Origin: Trichosphaerium sp. ATCC 40318
Lineage: Eukaryota; Protista; Tubulinea
NCBI GenBank assembly: GCA_038496445.1
Contig: JALMLS010000085.1
Span: forward strand, 124,001-188,000
Length of the DNA stretch: 64,000 nt
Reading direction: 5' to 3'
This document shows positions 26,101-38,626 of the stretch, piece after piece. How positions within the stretch are numbered: position 1 is the first letter of the stretch; the number at the start of each line of letters is the position of its first letter. Below the pieces are notes generated by a model that had not been told where the DNA came from, ran no database searches, and saw nothing but the letters and a program-made list of their open reading frames with translations. The position numbers and the translations under genes were made by a program.

Positions 26101-26672
26101 GAGTTTTCATCAATACGCAAGTTAAACCAAAATCCAATTTAAAAAAATACTACACGCCTTTAAAACTGCACGATACAAAGAGTAAAAGAGATTATCATGT
26201 AAATTTACTTCCTTAAACGCTAAAACGGTCAAACTAGAAGTGGTACCTATCGAGAAGTAGTTTCTTGCGTCAAAATTTGTTTTTCGAAGTAAATTGTCGA
26301 TTTTATCTGGTGATGCTGGTGGGCTGCTTATTGTTTGTGTTGGTGACCCTGGTACTTCGTTGTTGATCCTCCTCTTCTTGGCACTGCGTGTTGACACTTC
26401 GTCAGGTTGAATCTCATTTCCTTCGACACAATCAAAAATGTCGCTTTCGCTGACACTACTGTTTGTGTCTTCACGTTTAATTCTAGCTATTACTTGTGCA
26501 ATTCCAGCACGCTTACTACGCACATCGGGTATCCCCTAAAACACCCATTAGTGCCATTTTGTAGATTGTCTCTTGTTTTTACAAGTGGAGGTGTCCGCGT
26601 GGAAAAGTAGAAGGCTTGTGCTCGTTGTTCTGGAATTGACAGGCGCACAGGTGATCTCTTTAGGCGTCTCAT
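20152..26672 (-). CDS. SHPRH: SHPRH-like SNF2 helicase/PHD/RING E3 ligase
   Basis: LRPYQ, GGILADEMGLGKTVE, PHD (CYC..WVHCTECNTWQHQAC..CPTC), DESQ, RWSVSGTPIQ, LRLRQVCCHPQV, RING (CPIC..CGHEFCVEC..CPNCR), GSWGTKID, GANGLNL, QAIGRVDRIGQ; spliced start MRRLKRSPVR. Confidence 0.93.
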
Positions 26673-28176
26673 GGAAGTTGTTTACGTTAAACACGTATTG
26701 TGTTAAAAGAGATTATCTAATGTGGTAAATTTCAGTAAGACTCGCTATGCTCACGCCCCACGAGCTCCGTAAATGTGTTCTAGGTATGTAAGTCCTGTGC
26801 AGGTCGCGTGTAGTTTTTTTCCCAAGGGACACTTTATCTCCTCTACAATAAAAGTGTGCGTCACTGTGCACCACTCCATACGCGTACCAAATGCCTAACG
26901 TCACCGTTTCAACTAAATAAAACTACGCGTTTAAACATTTTCTGCTATTCTGGTGTAGCTCTCTTAAAATAGTGTTTTGCCACTATATCCGTAAGTACTG
27001 TACGGATAGATGCACCGAGCTAGGTAGCGTATTACCATTGAAGTGTGTTGGTTTGTCACAATGGACGCGAAGTGAAGTACTGGCATCGCATGTGTAGCCG
27101 TCACCCTTGTAGAGTACTTTTAAATCACATTTCCCCGTGCATTTACAACTATCCAACACAAAAGGCCGATGTTGCGACAGTCCGCGTAATCTTTATGGCT
27201 ATTCCGCTTGTACAGCTTCCCGACCCCCAAAACGACCAAAAAAGCATGAAAGTTGGCGGAAAGAGTTGGTGGTACGTTAGGAATACTACTACAAGTGCCA
27301 CTGTCACAACGTACGCGGTAGAACTAAATTAGCCGTAGCGCGCGAAATTTCCGTTCTACCCGCCACAATAAACACAACAACACCAAAAAAACTATTTTCG
27401 CTTAATAACAGCCAAATAGCAGGCTAACCCACAATGGAAATAAGTAGGTGAACCGAAAGTGATCAGAAAGGAATGTGCCAAACGGATTAGACGAAGCAAA
27501 ATAACAACGTCATAGACCCACCATTAGGACTTTATGGGAGTTCGGCTTTTTGGAATGGCCAGGAATTAACGGCAACCTAAACACGTCAACTCCTGTGATA
27601 GTACATCACCAATTTTCCGTATAACGGACTTTCGGCGTCACACAAAACGCAAACCACGCGCTACTTGTGCGACAACAACCCCGAAACGTCGACAGGGCTA
27701 AATAGTTTTCTTTCCCAACAAACAGTAACAAGCGAAAACGCTTGATCTCGCTAAAATCAACCGTAGGTACAGCAAACTGCGCACTTAAATCATGCGGTAA
27801 CACCTGGGGCGCGTATAACAAGCGTATACACCTGTTTGTAGCGAGTCATTGTACAATCTGCGTAGTTGTAGAAGTTTTGAATTTTTAAACGCACGTGCTC
27901 AAAACTCTTCAACGTTATCATTATTTTGTACGCCTCGGCGTTAAATGCTACGAGGCAAAATGAATGAAAGATATGTTGACCACCCAAAGACTCATTTAAC
28001 CTAAAGGCGCCAAAAATTGTTTATATCTCGTCTTGTAATTGAAGTAGCCTTATGAGTTCTACAATACGCGCGTACAATAAAATGGCGGCGTCTCTTGCGA
28101 GTTGTATCTCCCAACCAGACCTATACAATGTGATTTCGCCTCCCCATCAAAGATTGTGTAAACGCAACAACTCACC

Positions 28177-30452
28177 ATGAAGCTCTGCGCCATATTGTTT
28201 TTTATTGCCGTTATCGGTTCCAGCGTTGTTGGTGTAGCAGGTATTAAAAAACAAATAGCTTTGGATACCCTTTTACGCAGTACAGGTCAGTTTCCAACAG
28301 CTGAGTCCGCGTTTGCTGGAGGTCGTCATATTCAAGCGTCATACTCTGCGTGTGGAGTATGGAACTCAAATAAAACAGAGAAGGGCTATCAGCTCGATAG
28401 TTGCTGTAGAGTGGACGCTTCATACCCAGGTAAAATTGAATCTGATAAAATATGATTGTTTTTTTTCTTATATTTCATTTGGCAACCCATGGCAATCTTT
28501 GTGTTTCAGGTATGCGTTATTTTGTAAAGTTTTTATTTTGTGATTGTACTGATCATTTGCTCCTTTGATGAACAAATGTCGCTAACAAGCAATAAGATAC
28601 ACGAATCCGGATGGTCACACGGATGAGCAAGTTTTTATTGGTAACCAAGGCGAGAGCAACCACGTACGTGCGCAAAAAAGCGAAAGGAAAGGAAAAATAA
28701 AGAAAAATCTGGGTGAACCTGGGCTAGCCGAAGAGAATCTTTACTTTAACAAAAACACGTGTAAAAACACGTAGAATTAGCGTCATAACCTCCCTAAACG
28801 TCCATATATTCATGTATTTAGTCTACAAATGGCGAGCCAACATATTACGAAACACCAAGATGTGATTGGACCGTTGATTCCGTTGAAGTATTTCCGCCAG
28901 GAGCCGGTAGCTCTTTTGTTGGCGTTAAACATTACTTACAAGTTGGGGAACTACGCGTCTTAAAAATTGAGAGCTGGGACTTTAAAGCCAAATCTGCAGT
29001 TATCAGCTTCTCTGTAGAGTTCCCTGAACAATGCTGTGGCTTTCTAGAGAATGTTACTCAAGACGGACCTCTGGCACTCGGTAAGGCGGTTATCTAATGC
29101 GCAACATTATAACGAGGAATAGAGGATGTTTCCATCACGTTCAGCGTAGACACGGATGTAGACTATGAAAACTTTGGTACCTTTGATACGATCAACTGGC
29201 GAGTATACGGCGATTGGTATGCAGAGGTATGTTATTATCTTATCATCATCGTATTTCTCATGTTCTAATAGAGTGTCGGTCCTGCTTCATGCACCACACT
29301 TGCATTTGGTAAATGCTTGAATGATTCTGTAGTAGGCCACTCCGATTGGCTGGTACGTTGTATTTTTTTATAAGGCGAAGTATAAATATTTATGGAATTT
29401 TGTGAATTTTTTTGCTCACTTTCGAGATTTTAAGATCAATTTTTTTACTTCAGCTCCTTACCTCTTTTAGAATTGCCCAGAAGAGATGAGATTCAAAATA
29501 ATAACGGTACAATGGAGGATAAAACAATGGCATGGCAGCATACATTCGACAAAATATACTGCGGGTAATGGGACCTTAAAATTTCATTTTGATTTTATTA
29601 TTTTGTGACGTTAATTTCTCGCTTTCAGTGAAACAAAAGCTGTCAGTTTTGTTGTCGCATGGGGAAGCCATCCAGCATACGCTCGCGCTGCGTTTGAAGG
29701 TAAATTTTATTTATTTACATGACACGTGCCGTTAAACAAGATAATCTTTAGAGGCTTTCAGTTGCTACTGTCCATTTTCAGCGGATTCTCCACCAGATTT
29801 TGATGATGCTCCAGAAGATTTATGGCCACTAGAGTGCGCTTGCCAGTGCAGTGTACGTACCTTGTACACGTGTACTTACTAAAACTAACTGTTACTACAG
29901 AATAGCACCGAAGAGTACTGCGACTGTGCAGACAATAGCCCACACACAGCCCCTCCTACTGCTGCACCTACCGAAATGTCAGTTAATGCTACAGACGCCC
30001 CAACAATGGCATCAAACATGACTGGTAATGCCACAGATACTCCAACAATGGCATCAAACATGACTGCCACAGATGCTCCAACAATGGCTCCTAATGGGAC
30101 AGTACCAACAATGGCAGCAAATTCTACAACCAATTCAACAGTTACAGATGCACCTACAGATGCACCAGTCGCACCAGTTGCACCTACAGATGCGCCAGTT
30201 GCACCAGTTGCAAAGAAACGTTCTGTTGTTACCGCCCAGGATTGCACAGAAACGAGTACGTAGTATCCGCCATCTTGTGTAATATACTCACGTTACTATC
30301 CAGGCACGTCGTTGGAATGTTTAAGCTTGGCTGTTGAAATGGCTATTTTTGAAGGTAATGTAGAAAGAGCAAGAGAGCTCCTTGACGACCCACGTATTTC
30401 AGATCATTCAGCGCTCATATCTATACTAACTAGTTTCGTGCATAATAACTGA
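28177..30452 (+). CDS. Secreted protein with globular domain and mucin-like TDAPT stalk
   Basis: Signal peptide MKLCAILFFIAVIGSSVVG; multiple GT-AG exons; TDAPTMASNMT / APTDAPV repeats at 29950-30210. Confidence 0.75.
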
Positions 30453-30748
30453 GCTACAACGATGGCTGGTTAATATAATGTAAGCAGAACAATGCAAAAA
30501 GAATGTGACACTTTTATCTAAAATGAAGAAAGAAAAAAAAAAGAGTTTAACAATGTTGACTTCTATCGATGTGTTGTTTTTGCGTTTATTGTCGTTTTTT
30601 TTTGTTTATTTTCTTGTTTTCTAATACTGTTGTTGAAGTATTAAGTAGAGGCGCGAAGGTAAGGTTACGACGCAATAAAGTTTGCAATCGGTGGTGTTTT
30701 GAAGCATTAATTAATTGCTAACGGCGTGTTTGTTAGTTTAAAGTAAAA

Positions 30749-33700
30749 ATGGCTGAAAAGTCTCTTTCTGCCTCTAAGAAGCGTCAGTATCAATTAAATA
30801 AAAAGGATAGCCAAACAGGTAAACCTACCAAACTACGACGCTCACACTCAAGGCCAAATGGAAATGCTCCTAAACGGAGTAAATCGGGCCGCCGTTCAAA
30901 AGTTCCGAAGGATAAAGAGAGTACAAAAGCAAACAAGGAAAAAAGCAAGCGTGCGCGCCCCGCCTCCCAAGAAGTAAGCCACGGGCGCATAAAGGATTTT
31001 AAACTGGGCGATATTGGAAGAGCTGCTTCTAATGATGAGATCAAAACTAAGCACAGAGCACGTACAAGATCGTCTGGTGGTAGACAGGATAGAATAAGCG
31101 CGAGAAAGTCGCAGCATGTTTCTTTACAAGCAATGATGGATAATGTATTGGTACGGTTATGTCAGTGCATACGGAAGGCCAGGAGGATATTTTATGCGTC
31201 TGCAGAGAAAAACGCGGTTACTCTTTCTATTTTTTGTTTTTATGCTCGATAAGGTTTTTGATGCAACTGACGCGTATGTAGAACAATGTAGAAGAGCTTA
31301 AACGTGAAAACGGTGAATCCAGTAAAATTACAGATGAAGCACTTAGAATGAAAGAAGAGGCTTGGGCGGCCAAAGAAAAGGCATGGGAGGCTAGTAAACA
31401 TGCTTGGGATGTACAAGAGCAAGCGTGGAAGGATAAAGAAGCAGCCCTGCAAGTGAAAGCGGAAACATACGAAGGACTCAAAGAAATGCTTGATGAGAAG
31501 CAAAAGCAACTCAATATCCGTCAAGAAGAATTAAATGAAAAGCACAAGGAACTAAAAGAAAAAGAACATGAATTGAAAGAAAGAGAAGAGTACATAAAGC
31601 AACAAGAGCTTGATTGCAAACAACGTGAGAAAGAGCTAAGAGAGCTTGAACAAGAGTTGCGTAAGAAGGAAAATAATTCGGCTCCACACGCAGCACAAAG
31701 GTACACAAAGTTATCCATGAAATAACCTAAAAAAGAACACTGTGGAACTTATTTTCTTTTTTTGGAAAATTTTTATAAAAAGCGCTATTGCCCTAATGTG
31801 TTTGTTTTCTTGATATTTTTTTCTCCGTTATTATTCTTTCTACATACTTAATCACTGTTTAAGGTCGAGTTCTTTTTCAAAACCTCAAAGTGTTCCGTCT
31901 ATTGTGAATCACCCTGCTATTGTCGCCAAGGCTAATAGTGCAATGCCTGGAAGTGTTAATCCTATTTCTATCCCAAGGGCAAAAGCAAATTCGATGACAC
32001 ACGCATTGAGTGTTCGTGCGAGTCCAAAAGGAAAGTTGCCTTTTGGCAGAAACAAGGTAAGCTTTTGTGTTTAATGAGTTTCACTCATTGCGATAATGTT
32101 GCTTACCTCGTTTACTAGTCTTCTGTGTTGACTTCTATTGGTGACAGTCAACTTGATTTACATGCTTTTAAAAGAACTATAAAACCAGAGGTCCTTGCTC
32201 AACGTGGTGCGTTGGAAAGAAAACTAAGTTATCACCAAATTATTTGCTAAAAGTATTTGTTGTAGGCAAAGATCATCGTACAAGTATTGCTTGTGAAATC
32301 CTAACTACAGAACAGAGTTACGTAACAAATGTGAAGATTATTATTGAGGTTTGTAGCATAGTGCAATGCTTTGTGTTTACTTTCTTAACGTTTACTATTA
32401 GAATTACTTGAAACCACTTCGCGCTGTTGCTAAGATAGACACTAAGATTGACGTCAAAGACGTTGATGATATTTTCACCAATATTGAAGCCTTGATTCTC
32501 ATCAATGAAGGACTTTGTCAAGACATGGAAGCTCGTATGGAGGAGTGGCACGAGAAGGACGAACTAGGTGACATTTTCCAAAAATGGGTGCGACTTTACA
32601 CATTGCGGTTAGCTTAAATTAACTTTAACACAAGGCACCACGTTTGAAACCTTACTGCCGATATGGTAGCAACTACGAACATGCAGCTAAAAAAGCAAGA
32701 GATATGATTGAACATAACAGTCATTTTAAGAAGTGCATGATAGCACGTGACGCAATTTCTACCGAGTTCCAAGGTATTCTATTCTCTGACTACCTCATTC
32801 AACCAATTCAACGTATTCCACGTTACCGTCTACTCCTACAGGTACACACGTCTTATTTTTATTCAATACTAATGCTGCGATTACTAGGATCTCCTTAAGC
32901 GTACCCCAAAGGATCACGCCGATTATGAGAACCTCAAATCAGGTTTGGAGTCCGTAAGCAAAGTTGCTATGGAAATTAATACTAGTGTTTTACAACACGA
33001 GAACGAAGAAAAGTTTGCTGAGGTTTGTGCACGTGGAGAAGGTTTTGAGGTATGATATCGCCCTTTGTATTATTCTACCTTTGAATCGGGATATTAATAT
33101 GTACGATAGCGCTTGTACGGCATGAGACAAATCATTCTGTATGATGATTCCATTCTGCATGTTGTTGACTTGAAGGATAAAAAGAGAGGACATAAAAGAA
33201 AGCCTGAACTTATTTTATTCAACGATAGCCTTGTTGCTGGCAACTTCATAACAAAGAAAGCTTCTGCCCAGGAATGGAGTATATCACCACGACTACTATG
33301 GCTAAAATCTACTCTTGATGGAGAAGACATTGCTCAAATTTCTGGTACGTAAAACTTTTTTATTTTTCTGTTGTGGTTGACACTTAGCTACAGGTTTACA
33401 ATTGGATGATGTTGAACCAAAATATTCCTTCTTGATTCGTGGAGCAGAGAGCTTCTGGCTCATAGCGTGTGCTGGTCAAGGATCCAAGGATAGATGGCTT
33501 GAGCAAATTCAAAAAGTCACTAAATTGAAAGACAAAGCATTAGCTACAGGTGAGTTTTTTTCCTACTTTTTCCAATCAACAACCAGAACGCGTTTCTTAC
33601 TTTCTTTTAAAACAGGTGTCAGAAAGAGCGAGTATAAGTTTAACAATGATATTTTTAAAGGTTCTTACAACGGGTACTGGAATGAATCTATGGTGCGTAT

Positions 33701-36482
33701 ACTCATCTTTGTAACTCCCAAATATTGACATACGCTCCTTCAACATTAGGTAAATGGAAAAGGCGTTTTTGTAGAGACCAGTGGTACAACGTATGAAGGG
33801 TATTGGTGCTCTAAATTGAAGACTGGATTTGGTACAGTCACAGACCATGCCAATACAAAGAAACTCGCATGGTCATGGCGCTCCGGTGAACTAGTAACAA
33901 GAGAGTTCGATAACCAGGTAATTGCGCTATTATTTTGTTTATCACTTTGGCTTTACTAATATTATAATAGCACGGAAGTAGTCTTACTGATACAGATTGG
34001 AAGATTATTGTAGCAGGAGCAAAAGAAAAACATTTCACAAAAGGGCAATATATTATACACCAATATTCAAAACCTTCTCATTTGTACCGTATCAAACAAG
34101 GCCAAGTACGCTTTTATTACCTACGCACTACCGTTTTCTATTTCTCGTGAATTTGTGTTACTACCTTTTTTTTTGAAAAAACACGTGCAGGTGCCTAATA
34201 TATTTATCTTTTGTTAGTGTCGTGTTGAAAAAGCTGGTCCTGAAGGTGAAAAGATTTTCCTTGCAACACTCACTGAAGGAAAAACATTTGGTGATACAAG
34301 TGTACTAAAACAACTTGCTAGAGCTACTGCTGATGTTGTAGCCCATACTGATGTTACTTTATACACTATATCTGTACGAAATTGAAAAAAAAAACCCACT
34401 TTTCACAAACTGAGAAACTAACGTATGTTTTCTATTCAAGGTGCCAACACTTTTTGATATTTTCTTGCATAATCCAAAACTATCTGTTCGTTTCCATGCA
34501 TCAATGTCTACACAGTTATCTCAACGCCTTCGTGATTTACATAGCAGAAGAAAAAAGAAGGCACAAAAACAACTATTATTTCAATTGTACTTTGCTTACG
34601 ATCAAGCAGAGAGGACCTACAGCAAAAGCTAGCAAAAAATCACTTACGATTGCAGCTACACCACCTACACCTAAGCTCACTCATGATGCTCGAGTGCTTG
34701 AGAAACTAGGATTATCAAAGACTGAAGAGCTGTTATTTGGTATGCGAAAACCCAATACCTAACCCTTTAGTGCACTAACAACTTGTTTAAAGAATCTGAA
34801 GTTACTCAAAGAGGTGGTTTAATAAAACAACATGGCGTGTTGTACATAACAAAGAGACATATTGGATTTGAGTCAAGAGTATTCGGCATGACCAACAAGG
34901 TAAGTAAAAGGCTGTTCATCGAAACGAACTCTTTTTCCTGAGAATTTCGTTTTTATTTTGCAATACGATATTTATTTTGTAATACGATAGATATTAACAC
35001 GTGCGTTTTAGGAGGTTTTTAGAATTAAAAAACTGACTGATTCTGTTTTCGAAAACAAAAAGTTTACAATCAAGCTACACACAGCTAAGAAGAAAGTATC
35101 CTTTCTTTGTAGAATTCTTTTCTCAATTGATTTTCAGTTTTGTTCTTTTGTCATTTTCTATGAATCCTTCACTGACTAGTACGGATTTGTTTTTGATGAA
35201 GAGAAAGAGTACACAGAATGTACAACATTATTGACGTCTCTCAAGTAAGTGTGAATCAGTTTTTTTTCGACTCAACAACCGCAACATACTTTGAAAACTA
35301 AAACAAATTTTTTAGGGATTCTACAGCTGATGAAGAAGAAGATCACACATCAACTAATGGATCAATGAACTCAAATAACTCTAGAAAGTCTTACTTCAAT
35401 TTGAACTCACCAGAGGTACGTGCTAGCTGTTAAGAATCAAAAAAAAGTTGTTTTTACAATCGGATAAACTTTTACTGACGATTTCTAGACTGACGGCATT
35501 AATACTGAGCCAAAACTTACAAGAGCTGATTGGAACCTCATCCTAGGCGGTGCTAAGGTGAAGTCTTTTGCAAGAGATACACCTATTATAAAAGAAGGCG
35601 CAACACAAACGAATCTGTATCAAATAGGTACATATTGAGGGCTTTTTTATGTTTTTTGATGCTAACAAGCTCTATAGCACGTGGTAGCTGTCGTATTGAA
35701 AAGAAAAGAGAAGGAGTTCTTGGAGAGATGGCTCAAGGTCAACTATTTGGTGAAATGAGCTTTATTAAAGGCGGTGGTCATGCAAGGTAACGCTTTAAGT
35801 GTTTAAGATAAGGTCAAGTTTAACCATATTTTTCTTTAGTGCTAGCGTCATAAGTAACTCCAGGAAAACTGTCCTTTACATTATTGAAAGCGATTACATG
35901 ACCACATTGTTCTTGACCAAACCAGACATGAAAGGTACGCCCAACAAACCTTCAATACTTTTTTTGGTTTGCCTTTTTTTTTTCATCTTTGTTTTATTTT
36001 CCTTGCTCCTCTAATCGGTTGTGCTTACATCTACTTCTAGGTCGATTTTACCACTACCTTGCATCAGTACTTGCTGAGAGACTAAACGTCAGAGAATCAG
36101 ACAAGATGGGTATTACACGTTCTAGCAGCCAATCAAGCTCAGGATCAAAAGATACTAAAGCAAGGAAGAGGTACGATTTTATAACCCATAAAAAACTTCA
36201 AAAACGATCACGTGTTTGTTGGACATTTTCTGATAAATATTGCTACTTAGGCGCCCTGTAAAGAAATCCCAAAGCAAGGAGTCTATGGAGTCATCTTCAG
36301 GAAACAGATCACGTCAATCTTCTAATGCTTCTTCGAATGCAAAGAAACCTAAAAACGGTCATGGTGATGTAGTGAGATCTGCATCATCGTCTTCAAAAGG
36401 ATCAAAACAACCTGTAGACACTGCACCAAGACGTTTTAGTAATTTAACAAAATTGATTGAGAAGTTTGATCAACCGGCATAA
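30749..36482 (+). CDS. RhoGEF: coiled coil-DH-PH-MORN-cNMP-GRAM-cNMP
   Basis: DH motifs EILTTEQSYV and YLIQPIQRIPRYRLLL; PH motifs LILFNDSL and KDRWLEQI; MORN-like YNGYW/YEGYW; cNMP cassettes GKTFGDTSVL..ARATADV and GQLFGEMSFI; GRAM motif HGVLYITKRHIGFES. Confidence 0.88.
35096..35179 (+). other. U12-type (minor spliceosome) GT-AG intron
   Basis: Donor GTATCCTTT; branch site TCCTTCAC ends 7 nt before the 3' boundary; no polypyrimidine tract after the branch; removal keeps frame (AKKK|YGF). Confidence 0.85.
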
Positions 36483-36910
36483 AAAAAACCAAATGTAAGA
36501 GTATAAATATTAAAATTTTGAACATAAACCCTGTAAAAAACCCTATTGTTACTATGGTTTGAAGAACAACGTATGTCATTATGGTTACAGTCTTTAAAGG
36601 AATTAAAGAATCCTGGAGTTTGTGAGTCTCTTTTTTTTTAGCAGCTGTTGGCATTGAAAGTAGTTTCTGGTAATCCCTTTCCAAGCAGTTTTGGATAATA
36701 CCACGTGCGTTTGAGTATTTGTCATTTGTTTATCACGATCCTCACAATAAGTAAACTGATGAGAGGATCTCTTAGCTACAAGGAAGCGGCAACGTATTGT
36801 GCAATGTTAAACCAAACATCATCACACAAAATCGCAACTAAAAACTGGCTGCATAGTTAAAGTACACTGTAGTCATAAAATCAACGGTTTTAATGATTGG
36901 AGGTTTGGAT

Positions 36911-38132
36911 TTATACTGCTGGTTTCTTTTCTTCCGGTTTCTTGTCATCAGTTTTTGTTGGAGTGTCAGCAGGTTTGACTGGGGAAGCCTAAAATAAAAT
37001 CAGTGTTTTGTTCGTTTAGTATTTTTGTTTATACTCACAGCCTTTTCAGCAGCTGGCTCAGTAACAGGTGACTTCTCAGTGTCCTTCTTTTCGGCATCTT
37101 CTTTCTCATCGTCCTTCTTCTCAGCCTTTTGTTCAGATGCAGCTTTAAGGTCAGCTTCCTAAATCATGGCTTAACTACAAGAAAAAAGAAAGTGTTTTTT
37201 GCTGAGCTTTTTAACGCACTCGTTTGTCCTCAGATGCTTTAAGTTTGTCATAATCTTTTTGTAGTGTCTTAAATTTACTCTGAAGTTCTGAATACTTTTT
37301 CTTAAGAGCGTTCATGTTGGCGTCAACAACGTCAAACATTTCAGCTGGTACGCCTTCGAGTTTTGCTTTCTTATCTTTCTTATCTTTGTCCTTCTTGTCC
37401 TTGTCTTTCTTATCCTTATCTTTCTTGTCTTTCTTTTCGCCCTTATCCTTGTCTTTTTTATCTTTCTTATCCTTGTCCTTCTTGTCCTTATCTTTACCTT
37501 TTTTGTCTTTGTCTTTCTTATCCTTGTCCTTTCCTTTCTTGTCTTTATCCTTCTTGTCCTTACCCTTCTTGTCCTTATCTTTCTTGTCTTTATCCTTCTT
37601 GTCTTTGTCTTTCTTGTCCTTATCCTTCTTATCCTTATCTTTTTTCTCTCCTGATTTTTCAGACTATTCGCACTCAATTAGCATTCGAACACGTGTTTTT
37701 ATTCTTTTTCGTACGTCAGAGTCACAATCAGAGTCTTTCTTTTCTTTCTTATCGCTTGATTTCTCTTCCTATAATTAACCTATTAACGCGACTACTAACG
37801 CGAAGCGTTTCGTACACCGGAGTCGGCCTTATCTTTTTTGTCAACCGACTTTTCTTCCTTCTTCACAAACCGTTAATTAAATCAGTTAAAAGGGCGCTCG
37901 TACCTCCGATTTCACTTCAGCTGGTTTCTTTACAGCCGTTTCGTCTGCTTTGGTTTCGGGCTTAGTTTCTGCTGTTTTAACTGGCGCAGTGTCTGTAACC
38001 TTGGCGTCTGTGCTCACTGGCGTAGTAGCAGCAGGTTTTTCAACCGTCTTTTCGGTTTAGTCAAAAACTGAGTACACAGGAAAAGATCGTGTTACGTACC
38101 TTAGTCTCAGGCGTTTTCTCAGTAGTAGACAT
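36911..38132 (-). CDS. Highly charged low-complexity Lys/Asp-repeat protein with short coiled coil
   Basis: MSTTEKTPETK start, several small exons, a (DKDKK)n tract, then NALKKKYSELQSKFKTLQKDYDKLK. Confidence 0.75.
37365..37645 (-). repeat. 15-bp-period coding repeat encoding KDKDK
   Basis: Degenerate (cttatccttgtcttt)n on the + strand. Confidence 0.9.
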
Positions 38133-38626
38133 GCTCTAGAGTAACTTTTAGTAAGTATCGATTAAGATACCAATTCGTTAATATAGATGGATTGTACACA
38201 ATAAACAAAAGCAAACAGTTAACGTATCGCGTTGTAAACCAACGGTTGAAAAAAAAAACTTATCGGAGTAATCAGAACCGTTCCGGTTTGTATTTTAACG
38301 TACCTTTAGGACTGTTAAAATGTAGTAGTAGTGCTAATGGATTGCGGTTGTTGTGGTAAATTGGCAGCAGTCATGGCTTTTCTTTTCGTTTTTTTGACTA
38401 TGTCGTGATGCTAGCACATCAAATTGATCTTTTTTTCGAAATACAAAGTATGCAGTGATACTGTGCACAGTATTAATCACGTGATCGAACTCAGAGGTAA
38501 TTAACAACTAGTGAAATATTGTTTAATTGTAGTAATCGTAGCAGCTTCCATTAGGCAAACAGAGAGCAAACTTCACCTCTCCTCCACCTAAAGTCACTTA
38601 GCAGCGTACTATTACACATTACAGAG

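Noticed and set aside
36756-36790. Hammerhead ribozyme (CTGATGA plus small stem)
   Set aside because: No GAAA after stem II and no stems I/III
37312-37965. Long Leu/Ser/Phe, Cys/Pro and Arg-rich ORFs
   Set aside because: Other-frame and antisense readings of the KDKDK repeat
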